From NCBI GenBank assembly GCA_041082215.1, contig JBDOIF010000171.1:1-64000 (forward strand): 64,000 nucleotides of DNA, written 5' to 3'. A program made the position numbers and the translations under genes. Every line of letters starts with the position of its first letter. Within the stretch, counting starts at the first letter, position 1. Below the pieces are notes generated by a model. That model was not told the DNA's origin. It saw only the letters and a list, made by a program, of their open reading frames with translations, and made no database searches. Positions 40,903 through 50,239 of the stretch are shown one piece after another. This stretch comes from Anaerolineae bacterium (lineage in GTDB: Bacteria; Chloroflexota; Anaerolineae; B4-G1; DUEL01).

Positions 40903-42012
40903 ATGCCTGACAAGGAACCGGTACGGGTTTGGGCGGAGCCCTTGAGGGATTTCTGTGCACGGGTGTTCGTCAAGATGGGCGTCCCGGAAGAGGACGCCCG
41001 CATCACGGCGGATGTCCTGGTCGTGGCCGACCTGCGCGGGATTGACTCCCACGGCGTCGCCCGTCTGCGGCGGTATGTGGACGGCCTGCGGAGCGGCATG
41101 ATGGCCGCCCGGCCCGAGGTGAGGGTGGTGACGGAGACCCCCGCCACGGCCCTCGTGGATGCCGGAGCCGGCCTGGGCCAGCCGGTCTCCTACCGGGCGA
41201 TGCAGAAGGCGATCCAGAAAGCCCTGGACGTGGGCGCCGGCTTTGTGACGGTCCGCAACTCCAACCATTACGGGATCGCCGGCTACTACGCGATGATGGC
41301 CCTCGAGCACGAATGCATCGGGATTTCGATGACCAACGCCGATATTCTGGTCGTGCCCACTTTTGGTCGAAATGCGATGCTGGGGACCAACCCCATTGCG
41401 GTGGCCGCCCCGGCAGGGGAGGAGCGGCCCTTTGTGCTGGATATGGCCACCAGTACTGTGCCGCGGGGCAAACTGGAGGTGTACCACCGGCTGGGAAAGC
41501 CCATGCCGCTGGGCTGGGCCACCGACGAACGCGGCATTGCTACGGAGGATGCAGGCCGGGTGCTGGAGAACTTCAAGAAGCGGGCCGGCGGCGGGCTGTT
41601 GCCCCTCGGCGGGGCGGGTGAGGAGTCGGGCGGCCACAAGGGATACGGCCTGGCGCTGTGGGTGGATATCTTCTGCGCCGTCCTCTCCGGCGCCGCCTAT
41701 GCCGACCTGGTCTACCCCAGCGCCCCCGACGGCAGGCCCCTGCCCTCCAACATTGGCCACTTCTTCGGCGCCTGGCGGGTGGATGCGTTCCGACCAGTGG
41801 GAGAATTCAAGGCGGCAATGGACGACCTCCAGCGCCGGCTGAAGAACGCGCCCAAGGCGGAGGGCCAGACGCGCATCTATATCCACGGCGAGAAGGAGTT
41901 CGAGGAGACGGAGCGGCGTACCCGCGAGGGAATTCCCCTCAACCCTAAAGTCGCGGCCGACCTGCGAGCGATCGCCGGGGAGCTGGGAGTGGAGTACGGG
42001 CTGGAGGGGTAA
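40903..42012 (+). CDS. Ldh_2 family (type 2 malate/L-lactate dehydrogenase-like) oxidoreductase
   Basis: ADLRGIDSHG, RNSNHYG, GTNPIA, LDMATS, GHKGYGL. Confidence 0.92.
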   Translation: MPDKEPVRVWAEPLRDFCARVFVKMGVPEEDARITADVLVVADLRGIDSHGVARLRRYVDGLRSGMMAARPEVRVVTETPATALVDAGAGLGQPVSYRAMQKAIQKALDVGAGFVTVRNSNHYGIAGYYAMMALEHECIGISMTNADILVVPTFGRNAMLGTNPIAVAAPAGEERPFVLDMATSTVPRGKLEVYHRLGKPMPLGWATDERGIATEDAGRVLENFKKRAGGGLLPLGGAGEESGGHKGYGLALWVDIFCAVLSGAAYADLVYPSAPDGRPLPSNIGHFFGAWRVDAFRPVGEFKAAMDDLQRRLKNAPKAEGQTRIYIHGEKEFEETERRTREGIPLNPKVAADLRAIAGELGVEYGLEG

Positions 42013-42018
42013 GCGCCT

Positions 42019-42047
42019 GGTTGCCGGTTGCTCGTTGCTGGTTTGCT
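42019..42047. repeat. 7-nt tandem array abutting the larA RBS
   Basis: GGTTGCC GGTTGCT CGTTGCT GGTTTGCT then GGAGG. Confidence 0.7.
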
Positions 42048-42058
42048 GGAGGATGTAA

Positions 42059-43348
42059 ATGTATCGGGTTCCTTACGGCAAGACTTACCTGGAGTTCGAG
42101 CTGCGAGCCGGTATGCGGGGGACGGTGGTCGAGTCGAAAAAGATCCCCCCCCTGACCGACGTACAGGGAGCTATTGCCGAGGCGTTGAATCGCCCCGTCG
42201 GCTCGCCGCCCCTGCGGGAACTGGCTCACCCCGGCGACCGGGTCTGTATCGTCTTCACCGACATCACCCGCGCCAGCCCGGACCACCTGCTGGTGCCGGC
42301 GATTCTGGCCGAACTGACGGCGGCTGGCGTGCAAGAGGAAGATATCACCCTCCTCTGCGGCATCGGCATGCACCGCCCCTCCACCCCCGAGGAGAAGGCG
42401 GCCAAACTGGGAGCCGATGTGGTCGCCCGCTACCGGGTCATAGACAACGAGCCCCGCAACCCCCAGGCGCTGGTGGACCTGGGGATCACGCCCGGCGGGG
42501 TGCCGGTGTGGGTACATCGGGCAGCGGTGGAAGCGGACCTCCTGATCGCCACCGGGCTGGTGGAGCCTCATCAGTATGCCGGCTACTCCGGCGGGCGAAA
42601 GACGGTGGCAGTGGGGGCAGCGGGGGAGCCGCTGATCGCCCACACCCACGGCCCGGCTTTTGTGGACCACCCTGGCACCCGCCTGGGCCGTATCGAGGGC
42701 AATCCCTTCCACGAGGCGGTCACCGAGGCGGCTCGCCGCGCAGGCCTGCGCTTCATCCTCAACGTGGTCCTGGACGACGAGAAGCGGATCCTCAAGGTGG
42801 CTGCCGGTGAGCCGGAAGCGGCCTTCCAGGAGCTGGTCGGGTTTGCCCGCACCGTCTACGAGGTGGAGATCCCCCATCAATACGATGTCGTCATCGGTGG
42901 AGCAGGATACCCCAAGGACAGCAACCTCTACCAGGCCAGCCGCGCCGCCTCCTATCTGTTCTTCGCCCCAACCCCCGTCGTCAGGCCCGGGGGGTTTCTC
43001 ATCATCCCCGCCCGGTGCGAGGAAGGAGCCGGCGAAGGCGTGGGGGAACAGCGGTTCTTCGCCGCGCTGCGAGATGCACCCGACGTGCAGTTCATCCTGG
43101 ACGATGCCCGCGCCCACGGCTATCCGCCAGGCCAGCAGCGGGCCTTTGTGATGGCAAAGGTGCTGGAGCAGGCCCGGGTGGTCATCGTCGGTAGCCAGCA
43201 CCCGGAGGTGGTGAAGGCCTGTAAAATGATCCCCGCTGCCACAATGGACGAAGCCCTGGCCCTGGCGGCGCAGGAGCTGGGGAAGGAACTGGACGTGCTG
43301 ATCGTGCCGCACGCGCTGCTAACATTGCCAGTAGTGACTGGTTGCTAG
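42059..43348 (+). CDS. larA: Nickel-pincer-dependent racemase, LarA family
   Basis: DITR, GMHR, EPH..AGYSGGRK, GYPKD.NLYQ, C.EG.G; substrate not determined. Confidence 0.88.
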   Translation: MYRVPYGKTYLEFELRAGMRGTVVESKKIPPLTDVQGAIAEALNRPVGSPPLRELAHPGDRVCIVFTDITRASPDHLLVPAILAELTAAGVQEEDITLLCGIGMHRPSTPEEKAAKLGADVVARYRVIDNEPRNPQALVDLGITPGGVPVWVHRAAVEADLLIATGLVEPHQYAGYSGGRKTVAVGAAGEPLIAHTHGPAFVDHPGTRLGRIEGNPFHEAVTEAARRAGLRFILNVVLDDEKRILKVAAGEPEAAFQELVGFARTVYEVEIPHQYDVVIGGAGYPKDSNLYQASRAASYLFFAPTPVVRPGGFLIIPARCEEGAGEGVGEQRFFAALRDAPDVQFILDDARAHGYPPGQQRAFVMAKVLEQARVVIVGSQHPEVVKACKMIPAATMDEALALAAQELGKELDVLIVPHALLTLPVVTGC

Positions 43349-43374
43349 CGACTGGTTGCTGGTTGCTGGTAGCA
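43333..43374. repeat. 7-nt array, left arm of the four-helix-bundle gene
   Basis: AGTGACT GGTTGCT AGCGACT GGTTGCT GGTTGCT GGTAGCA; contains the larA stop codon. Confidence 0.75.
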
Positions 43375-43389
43375 CAGGTGAGGACAAAG

Positions 43390-43695
43390 ATGACGATACG
43401 CAGTTACCGCGATTTGCAGGTATATCAGCTTTCTTTCCGGTTGGCGGTAGAGGTGGATTGTGCATCGAAGCGGTTGCCGCCGCACGAGATGTATGAGGAA
43501 GGGAGACAGTTACGTCGCTCAGCAAAGTCCATCCCGGCCAACATCGCGGAGGGATTTGGGCGACGTCGCTATAAGCAAGAGCCTTATCGAGCATCGTCAA
43601 TCCTTCGGGAGCTATCCGCTGCTTACGATTGCGATCCCGTTGATCTCCACGAGCTGCACAACATCAACGAGCAACAAGCAACGAGCAACGAGTAA
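43390..43695 (+). pseudogene. Four helix bundle (TIGR02436 / 23S-IVS / Avd-like) gene, apparently internally deleted
   Basis: SYRDLQVYQ...LP..E.Y....QLRRSAKSIPANIAEGFGRR is typical of the family; the expected F.RFL..A.GS..E helix is missing after YKQE. Confidence 0.7.
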
Positions 43696-43697
43696 TT
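43663..43697. repeat. 7-nt array, right arm (inverted relative to the left arm)
   Basis: ATCAACG AGCAACA AGCAACG AGCAACG AGTAATT, directly before the next ATG. Confidence 0.75.
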
Positions 43698-44840
43698 ATG
43701 AGAGACGAGTACCTTCACTGCATCCGCTGTGGCCTCTGCCTGGCCACCTGTCCAACCTATCGGCTGACCCTCAACGAGACCGATTCCCCCCGTGCCCGGG
43801 TGGCGTTGTTGCGGGCGATGAGGGAGGGGCTGCTGGAGCGGCCAACCGACCACACCGCCGCCCAGTATTTCCGATGCCTCCTCTGTGGAGCCTGCACCTT
43901 CACCTGCCCCAGCGGCGTCACGGTGGATCGGCTCCTGGAGTTGACCCGGGGGGAGATGGCCGACCTGGGCCTGCTGCCCCAGCCGCTGGTAGCTTTGGGG
44001 CAGCGGGTGCTTGAGGCACACAATATCTCCGGCGAGCCCAACGAAAGCCGGCTGATGTGGGCCGAAAACCTCCCCACCCCTCCCACCGGCATCGGCAAAA
44101 CCCGGACCGAAGTGGTCTACTTCGTCGGCTGCGTCGGCGCGCTCTTCCCTCGCAGTTACGGCATTCCCCAGTCCTTCGTCCAGATTCTGGAGGGGGCCGG
44201 GGTAGATTACGGCCTGCTGGGGGGAGAGGAATGGTGCTGCGGTTACCCAATGACGATCAGCGGGGAGCCGGAAAAAGCGCGGGGGACAATCCACCACAAC
44301 GTGGAGGCGGTCCGTGCGTTGGGGGCAAAGACCATCGTCACCACCTGCCCATCCTGCTTCCACTTCTGGAAGCACGCCTACCCGGCGGCGCTGGGGGAAG
44401 AGCTGGGGTTTGAGGTGCGCCACGCCACCGAGTTCCTGGCGGACCTGCTGGAAAGCGGAAAGGTGCCGCTGCGGGACGACCTGCCCCCGCAGACCGTCAC
44501 CTACCACGACCCCTGCGACCTGGGCCGCAAGGGCGGCGTCTTCGACGCCCCTCGCCGGATCCTCCGGGCCATCCCGGGAGTGACCCTGGTGGAAATGGCG
44601 GAAAATCAGGGCGGGTCCCATTGTTGCGGCGGCGGAGGCAACCTGGAGAGTTTCGATCCGGAGCTCAGCCGGGCTATCGCTGCGCGGCGTATCCTTCAGG
44701 CGGCGGAGACCGGCGCGCAGGCCGTCGTCTCCGCCTGCCAGCAGTGTGAACGGACCCTGTTCAACGCCGCCCGCGCGGAACGGCTCCGCCTGCGGGTCAA
44801 AGACGTCGCCGAAATCGTCCTGGAGGCGATGAGGAGGTAA
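43698..44840 (+). CDS. Fe-S oxidoreductase subunit (GlcF/HdrD-like, two CCG domains)
   Basis: CIRCGLCLATCP, CLLCGACTFTCP, YFVGC, WCCG, TCPSC, YHDPCDLGR, CCGGGG, ACQQC. Confidence 0.9.
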   Translation: MRDEYLHCIRCGLCLATCPTYRLTLNETDSPRARVALLRAMREGLLERPTDHTAAQYFRCLLCGACTFTCPSGVTVDRLLELTRGEMADLGLLPQPLVALGQRVLEAHNISGEPNESRLMWAENLPTPPTGIGKTRTEVVYFVGCVGALFPRSYGIPQSFVQILEGAGVDYGLLGGEEWCCGYPMTISGEPEKARGTIHHNVEAVRALGAKTIVTTCPSCFHFWKHAYPAALGEELGFEVRHATEFLADLLESGKVPLRDDLPPQTVTYHDPCDLGRKGGVFDAPRRILRAIPGVTLVEMAENQGGSHCCGGGGNLESFDPELSRAIAARRILQAAETGAQAVVSACQQCERTLFNAARAERLRLRVKDVAEIVLEAMRR

Positions 44841-44846
44841 AAACCA

Positions 44847-46226
44847 TTGAGCGAGTATCCCTGGATTGACCGTCTGCAAGAAGTGTTGGGTTCTTCCAAA
44901 GTCCTCACCAGCGTGGAGGACCGCATCGCGTATTCCTACGACGGGACATTCGCCCAGCAGTTGCCCGACGTCGCCGTCCTGCCGGAATCCACGGAGGAGG
45001 TGGCGGCTGCGGTCCGCATTGCCGCCGAGTACCGGGTGCCCGTCGTGCCCCGGGGGATGGCCTCCGGCCTGGCGGCCGCCTCCGTCCCCTTCTCCGGCGG
45101 CATCGCCCTCTCCCTCACCCGCATGAACCGCATCCTGGAACTGGACGAGGTGAACCGGACGGTTCGGGTGGAGGCGGGCATCATCACCGCCGACCTCCAG
45201 GCCTGGGTGGAGGCGCGGGGTCTCTTCTACCCGCCCGACCCCTCCAGCAACAAGCACTCCACCATCGGCGGCAACATCGCCTGCAACGCCGGGGGCCCCC
45301 GCTGCCTCAAGTACGGCGTCACCGGCGACTACGTGATGGGCCTCACCGTCGTCCTCCCCGACGGCCGCATCCTCCAGACCGGCGGCAAGGCCATCAAGAA
45401 CGTCGTCGGCTACGACCTGACCTCCCTCTTCGTCGGCTCCGAGGGGACGCTGGGGGTCATCACCGAGGCGCTGCTGAAACTGGTCGCCAAACCCACGTCC
45501 GTCCGCACCGCGCTGGCGGAGTTCTCCTCGCTGGACGACGCCTCCCGCACCGTCAACGCCATTCTGGCCGCGGGCGTCGTCCCGGCGACGCTGGAACTGA
45601 TGGATGAGACGGCCATCGCCTGCATTGAGGAGGCCATGCACCTGGGCCTGCCGCTGGACGTGGAGGCCATGCTCATCATAGAGACCGACGGCTCCGACGA
45701 GGAGGCGGTCCGGCGGGAGATGGAGGTGGTGGAGCGGGTCTGTCGGGAGAACGGCGCCCGCCAGGTGATGGTGGCGCGGGACGAGAAGGAGCGGGCCCAG
45801 TTGTGGCGCGCGCGGCGGTCGGTCTCTCCCTCGCTGGCCCGCAAGGCCCCCAACAAACTGGGGGAGGACATCACCGTTCCCCGCTCCGCCATCCCGGAGG
45901 CGGTCCGCCGCATCAAGGAAATCAGCGCCCGGCACGGCCTGCCGATTGTCGTCTTCGGCCACGCCGGGGACGGCAACCTCCACCCCAACATCCTCTTTGA
46001 TAAGCGCGACCCGGAGCAGTGGGCGAAGGTGGAGGTGATGGCGGGGGAGATTTTCGGCGTGGCGCTGGACCTGGGCGGGACCCTCTCCGGCGAGCACGGC
46101 GTGGGCGTCCTCAAGCGCCCGTACATGGAGCGGGCCCTGGGGCCGGTCTCCATAGACGTCCAGCGCCGCATCAAGGAGGCCATGGACCCGCTGAACATCA
46201 TGAATCCAGGGAAGGTGCTGCCGTAG
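44847..46226 (+). CDS. glcD: FAD-linked 2-hydroxyacid oxidase/dehydrogenase (GlcD-like)
   Basis: PPDPSS, TIGGNIACNAGG, KYGVT, GSEGTLG, GHAGDGNLHP, SGEHGVG, DP..IMNPGK. Confidence 0.88.
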   Translation: MSEYPWIDRLQEVLGSSKVLTSVEDRIAYSYDGTFAQQLPDVAVLPESTEEVAAAVRIAAEYRVPVVPRGMASGLAAASVPFSGGIALSLTRMNRILELDEVNRTVRVEAGIITADLQAWVEARGLFYPPDPSSNKHSTIGGNIACNAGGPRCLKYGVTGDYVMGLTVVLPDGRILQTGGKAIKNVVGYDLTSLFVGSEGTLGVITEALLKLVAKPTSVRTALAEFSSLDDASRTVNAILAAGVVPATLELMDETAIACIEEAMHLGLPLDVEAMLIIETDGSDEEAVRREMEVVERVCRENGARQVMVARDEKERAQLWRARRSVSPSLARKAPNKLGEDITVPRSAIPEAVRRIKEISARHGLPIVVFGHAGDGNLHPNILFDKRDPEQWAKVEVMAGEIFGVALDLGGTLSGEHGVGVLKRPYMERALGPVSIDVQRRIKEAMDPLNIMNPGKVLP

Positions 46227-46251
46227 GGCAACTCTGAAGGAGTCGCCCAAC
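46223..46251. repeat. GTAG-type REP, left of the RAYT gene
   Basis: GTAGGGCAACTCTGAAGGAGTCGCCCAAC. Confidence 0.85.
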
Positions 46252-46263
46252 AGGAGTCCAAAC

Positions 46264-46908
46264 ATGACTGTCTTTTTCCAGCGTCATCTTCCCCATTACC
46301 ACCTGCCCAACGCCACCTACTTTATTACCTTCCGGCTGGCGGGCAGTCTGCCCCTTGAGGCCGCGGCACGCCTGCAGGCGGAGTACGAAGAAGAGCAACG
46401 CCGCTTAGAGCATCAGTTCAGCGGCAAAGCGCTATACGAAGCCCGCTACCAGGCGCAAAAGCGGCACTTTGCCCGCATTGACGGTTTGCTGGATCAAGCC
46501 CTTCACGGCCCACGCTGGCTCGCCCGGCCGGAGTGTGCCCGGATTGTTATGGAAACCATCCATGCCTTCATGCCAGAAGAGTATCACCTGCACGCCTTCT
46601 GCCTGATGAACAACCATGTCCACCTGCTGATTGACCAGCAGGACATCCCGGAGCCACCTCCCCGCCGGGATGGAAAGCATTACACTGCCCTCAGCCGCGC
46701 CATGCGCCTGCTTAAGGGAAAGAGCGGCGCATTGTGCAATCAAGTGCTCGGGCGCAGCGGCCCCTTCTGGCAGCATGAAAGTTACGATCACATCGTGCGG
46801 GACGAACAGGAATTTGAGCGCATCCTGGCTTATATCGCCAACAACCCGGTCAAAGCCGGACTGGTAGAAAACTGGGAGGATTGGCCGTATACCTATGTGC
46901 AACTGTAG
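46264..46908 (+). mobile_element. REP-associated tyrosine transposase (RAYT, IS200-like HUH Y1)
   Basis: LPHY....TYFITF, MNNHVHLL (HUH), FWQ.ESYDH..R, YIANNPVKAGLV..WEDWPY; flanked by REPs. Confidence 0.9.
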
Positions 46909-46933
46909 GGCAACTCCGAAGGAGTTGCCCTAC
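46905..46933. repeat. GTAG-type REP, right of the RAYT gene (perfect hairpin)
   Basis: GTAGGGCAACTCC-GAA-GGAGTTGCCCTAC. Confidence 0.9.
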
Positions 46934-46951
46934 TAAATACCGGAGGTTCTC

Positions 46952-48730
46952 ATGCAATCTAACGACCGACTGACCCGCTGGGTCCAGGAAGTGGCCCGGC
47001 ACTGTCAACCCGACCGTATCCACTGGTGCGATGGCACGAAGGAAGAGTACGACCGGCTGATGGTGGAAATGGTCGCCCGGGGGAGCGCCATCCCCCTCAG
47101 GAAACGGCCCAACAGTTTCCTCTTCCGCTCCCATCCCAGCGACGTCGCCCGGGTGGAGGACCGGACGTTCATCAGCACCCCCTCCAAAGACGACGCCGGC
47201 CCCACCAACAACTGGATCGCCCCGGACGAACTAAAGGCCACCATGTGGGCCCTCTACGAGGGCTGTATGCGCGGCCGGACGATGTACGTCATCCCCTTCT
47301 CCATGGGCCCGCTGGAGTCGCCAATGGCCAAAATCGGCGTCCAGATTACGGATAGCCCTTACGTCGTCTGCAACATGCACATCATGACCCGCGTGGGGAC
47401 CCGGGTGCGGCAGGCCATTGAGGAAGGGGCAGACTTCATCCCGTGCCTGCACTCCGTCGGCGCGCCGCTGGAGCCGGGCCAGCCGGACGTCCCCTGGCCC
47501 TGCGCGCCGATGGAGCAGAAGTACATCAGCCACTTCCCGGAAGAGAACCTCATCTGGTCCTACGGCTCCGGCTACGGCGGCAACGCGCTTCTGGGCAAAA
47601 AGTGTCTGGCCCTGCGCATCGCTTCCGCCATGGCCCGACGGGAGGGCTGGATGGCGGAGCACATGCTCATCCTGCGTCTCATCAGCCCCGAGGGGCGCCA
47701 GTACCACATTGCCGGGGCCTTCCCCTCCGCCTGCGGCAAGACCAACCTGGCCATGATTCAGCCGACGGTCCCCGGCTGGCGGGCGGAGTGCCTGGGGGAC
47801 GACATCGCCTGGATGAAAATTGGTCCCGACGGCCGTCTCTACGCCATCAACCCCGAAAGCGGCTTCTTCGGCGTCGCCCCGGGTACGTCCTACAAGACCA
47901 ACCCGGCGGCGATGGATACCCTCTGGGGCAACGTTATCTTCACCAACTGCGCGCTGGCCGACGACGGCGACATCTGGTGGGAGCGGATGACCGATGAGCC
48001 GCCCGCGCATCTGGTTGACTGGCGGGGGCAGGACTGGACGCCCGATTCCCCCAATCCGGCGGCCCATCCCAACGCCCGCTTTACCGCCCCCACGCGCCAG
48101 TGTCCGGTCATCTCGCCGGACTGGGAGAAGCCGGAAGGGGTGCCGATAGACATCTTCATCTTCGGCGGCCGCCGGGCGACGACCGTCCCGCTGGTCTATG
48201 AGGCCTATAACTGGGATCACGGCGTCTTCCTGGGCGCGACCCAGTCCTCGGAGACGACGGCGGCGGTCATTGGTGAGGTGGGCCGGGTGCGCCGGGATCC
48301 CTTTGCTATGCTCCCCTTCTGCGGGTATAATATGGGGGATTACTTTGCCCACTGGCTCCGCATGGGCGACCGCCTCGGGGATAAGGCCCCGCGCATCTTC
48401 TACGTCAACTGGTTCCGCAAGACCCCCGACGGCCGCTGGCTCTGGCCGGGCTACGGCGAGAACAGCCGGGTGCTGGTCTGGATGTGCGGGCGGGTGGACG
48501 GGAAGGCCGGAGCAGTGGAAACGCCCATCGGGCTCCTGCCGCGCCCGGAGGACCTGGATCTGCGGGGGCTGGATGTGCCGCCGCAGGACCTGCAGGAACT
48601 GCTGCGGGTGGACGTGGACGCCTGGCGGGCCGAGGTGCCGGATATAGAACGACACTTTGCTCAGTTCGGCGACCGGCTTCCCCAGCGGCTGTGGGAGCAA
48701 CTGCGCGGGCTTCAGGCCCGCCTGGGGTAG
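46952..48730 (+). CDS. pckG: Phosphoenolpyruvate carboxykinase (GTP)
   Basis: [56 protein letters not shown]. Confidence 0.97.
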   Translation: MQSNDRLTRWVQEVARHCQPDRIHWCDGTKEEYDRLMVEMVARGSAIPLRKRPNSFLFRSHPSDVARVEDRTFISTPSKDDAGPTNNWIAPDELKATMWALYEGCMRGRTMYVIPFSMGPLESPMAKIGVQITDSPYVVCNMHIMTRVGTRVRQAIEEGADFIPCLHSVGAPLEPGQPDVPWPCAPMEQKYISHFPEENLIWSYGSGYGGNALLGKKCLALRIASAMARREGWMAEHMLILRLISPEGRQYHIAGAFPSACGKTNLAMIQPTVPGWRAECLGDDIAWMKIGPDGRLYAINPESGFFGVAPGTSYKTNPAAMDTLWGNVIFTNCALADDGDIWWERMTDEPPAHLVDWRGQDWTPDSPNPAAHPNARFTAPTRQCPVISPDWEKPEGVPIDIFIFGGRRATTVPLVYEAYNWDHGVFLGATQSSETTAAVIGEVGRVRRDPFAMLPFCGYNMGDYFAHWLRMGDRLGDKAPRIFYVNWFRKTPDGRWLWPGYGENSRVLVWMCGRVDGKAGAVETPIGLLPRPEDLDLRGLDVPPQDLQELLRVDVDAWRAEVPDIERHFAQFGDRLPQRLWEQLRGLQARLG

Positions 48731-48747
48731 AGGGTATGCGGGTTTTG

Positions 48748-48772
48748 CGGCGGCGGCCCTTCGGGCCGCCGC
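48748..48772. other. Strong GC hairpin between pckG and the malic enzyme gene
   Basis: GCGGCGGCCC / GGGCCGCCGC arms; no U-tract on the + strand. Confidence 0.45.
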
Positions 48773-48810
48773 TGTATAACCCCTCGCCATTGATTCAGGA
48801 GAGATGCCCA

Positions 48811-50178
48811 ATGAGTACACAGGTCACCAAAGAGGAACTGCTTGCTAAAGCGAAGAAGCCTGCAGAGGACGCGATGGCGCTACACCCCTTCTATCAGGGC
48901 AAAGTGCAGACCGCGCCCAAATGCCCTGTCCGGGGGCTGGACGACTTCGCCATCTGGTACACCCCCGGCGTGGCCGCTCCCTGCCGGGCCATCCAGGAGA
49001 ACCCCGACCTGGCCTACGAGTACACCAACAAGGGGAACACCGTCGCCATCGTCTCCGATGGCACGCGGGTGCTGGGCCTGGGGGACATTGGGCCGCTGGC
49101 CGGCCTGCCTGTCATGGAGGGCAAAGCCCTGCTCTTTAAGTACCTGGGCGGCGTGGACGCGGTCCCTATCTGCCTGGATACCGACGACCCCTACCGGATC
49201 ATCCTCGCCGTTAAGTGGCTCCAGCCGTCCTTCGGCGGGATCAACCTGGAAGACATCGAGCAGCCCAAATGCTTCCGGATACTGGATATGCTTCGCAGCG
49301 ACCCCGAGGTGCAGATTCCCGTCTGGCATGACGACCAGCAGGGAACGGCGACGGTCATCCTGGCCGGGCTGATCAACGCCCTGAAGGTGGTGGGCAAGCG
49401 GATGGATGAGATCAAGGTCACGGTCATCGGCACCGGCGCGGCCAATATCGCCACCATCCGCCTGCTGGTGGCCTCGGGCGTCCCCTTCGGCCATATCATC
49501 GCCTGCGATAGCAAGGGAATCCTTCACCCGGGGCGGGAGGACGTCGCTCAGCGGAAGATCGAGTTTGTGGACAAGTGGCGCATCTGCCAGAACTCCAACG
49601 CTGAGGGACGACAGGGCGGAATCGCTGAGGCCCTGCGCGGCGTGGATGTCTGCATCGCGGCCAGCAAGCCGGGCCCGGGGACCATCCTCCCCGAGTGGGT
49701 GAAGGGGATGGCGGAGGATGCCATCGTGTTCGCCTGTGCCAACCCCATCCCGGAAATCTGGCCCTGGGAGGCCAGAGAAGCTGGAGCGCGCGTCGTGGGG
49801 ACGGGCCGGAGCGACTTCCCCAACCAGATCAACAACTCGCTGGGATTCCCGGCCATTTTCCGGGGGGTCCTGGACGTGCGGGCCACCACCATCACCGACG
49901 AGATGGCCATCGCAGCGGCCGAGGAACTGGCCCGCTGTGCGGAGGAGAAGGGCCTCAACGAGGAGTACATCATTCCCACCATGGAGGAATGGGAGGTGTT
50001 TCCCCGGGAGGCAGCCACCGTCGGTGTGAAGGCCCAGGAGCAGGGAGTGGCCCGTCTGCACCTTGCCTACGACGAGTTGCTCCGTAAGGCCGAGGATACC
50101 ATCCGCCACGCGCGGGAGATGACCCGGTTCCTTATGGAGAAGGGCCTCATCCCGCCGGTGCCGGAACATAATACATAA
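48811..50178 (+). CDS. NAD(P)-dependent malic enzyme
   Basis: [52 protein letters not shown]; start ATG 48811. Confidence 0.95.
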   Translation: MSTQVTKEELLAKAKKPAEDAMALHPFYQGKVQTAPKCPVRGLDDFAIWYTPGVAAPCRAIQENPDLAYEYTNKGNTVAIVSDGTRVLGLGDIGPLAGLPVMEGKALLFKYLGGVDAVPICLDTDDPYRIILAVKWLQPSFGGINLEDIEQPKCFRILDMLRSDPEVQIPVWHDDQQGTATVILAGLINALKVVGKRMDEIKVTVIGTGAANIATIRLLVASGVPFGHIIACDSKGILHPGREDVAQRKIEFVDKWRICQNSNAEGRQGGIAEALRGVDVCIAASKPGPGTILPEWVKGMAEDAIVFACANPIPEIWPWEAREAGARVVGTGRSDFPNQINNSLGFPAIFRGVLDVRATTITDEMAIAAAEELARCAEEKGLNEEYIIPTMEEWEVFPREAATVGVKAQEQGVARLHLAYDELLRKAEDTIRHAREMTRFLMEKGLIPPVPEHNT

Positions 50179-50225
50179 CACGGAATACGGAATACGCAAT
50201 ACGTACTCCGTACTCCGTATTCCGT
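50166..50225. repeat. Inverted 7-nt array (ACGGAAT family) abutting an RBS
   Basis: ACATAAT ACATAAC ACGGAAT ACGGAAT ACGCAAT | ACGTACT CCGTACT CCGTATT CCGTT then GAGGAGG. Confidence 0.85.
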
Positions 50226-50239
50226 TGAGGAGGAACGCC

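Noticed and set aside
43390..43695. Avd-like gene as part of a diversity-generating retroelement
   Set aside because: No reverse transcriptase and no visible TR/VR pair in the window; the gene at 53144 is RNase H-like, not an RT.
46264..46908. IS200/IS605 element with TnpB
   Set aside because: No tnpB; the GTAG palindromes and protein motifs fit a RAYT.
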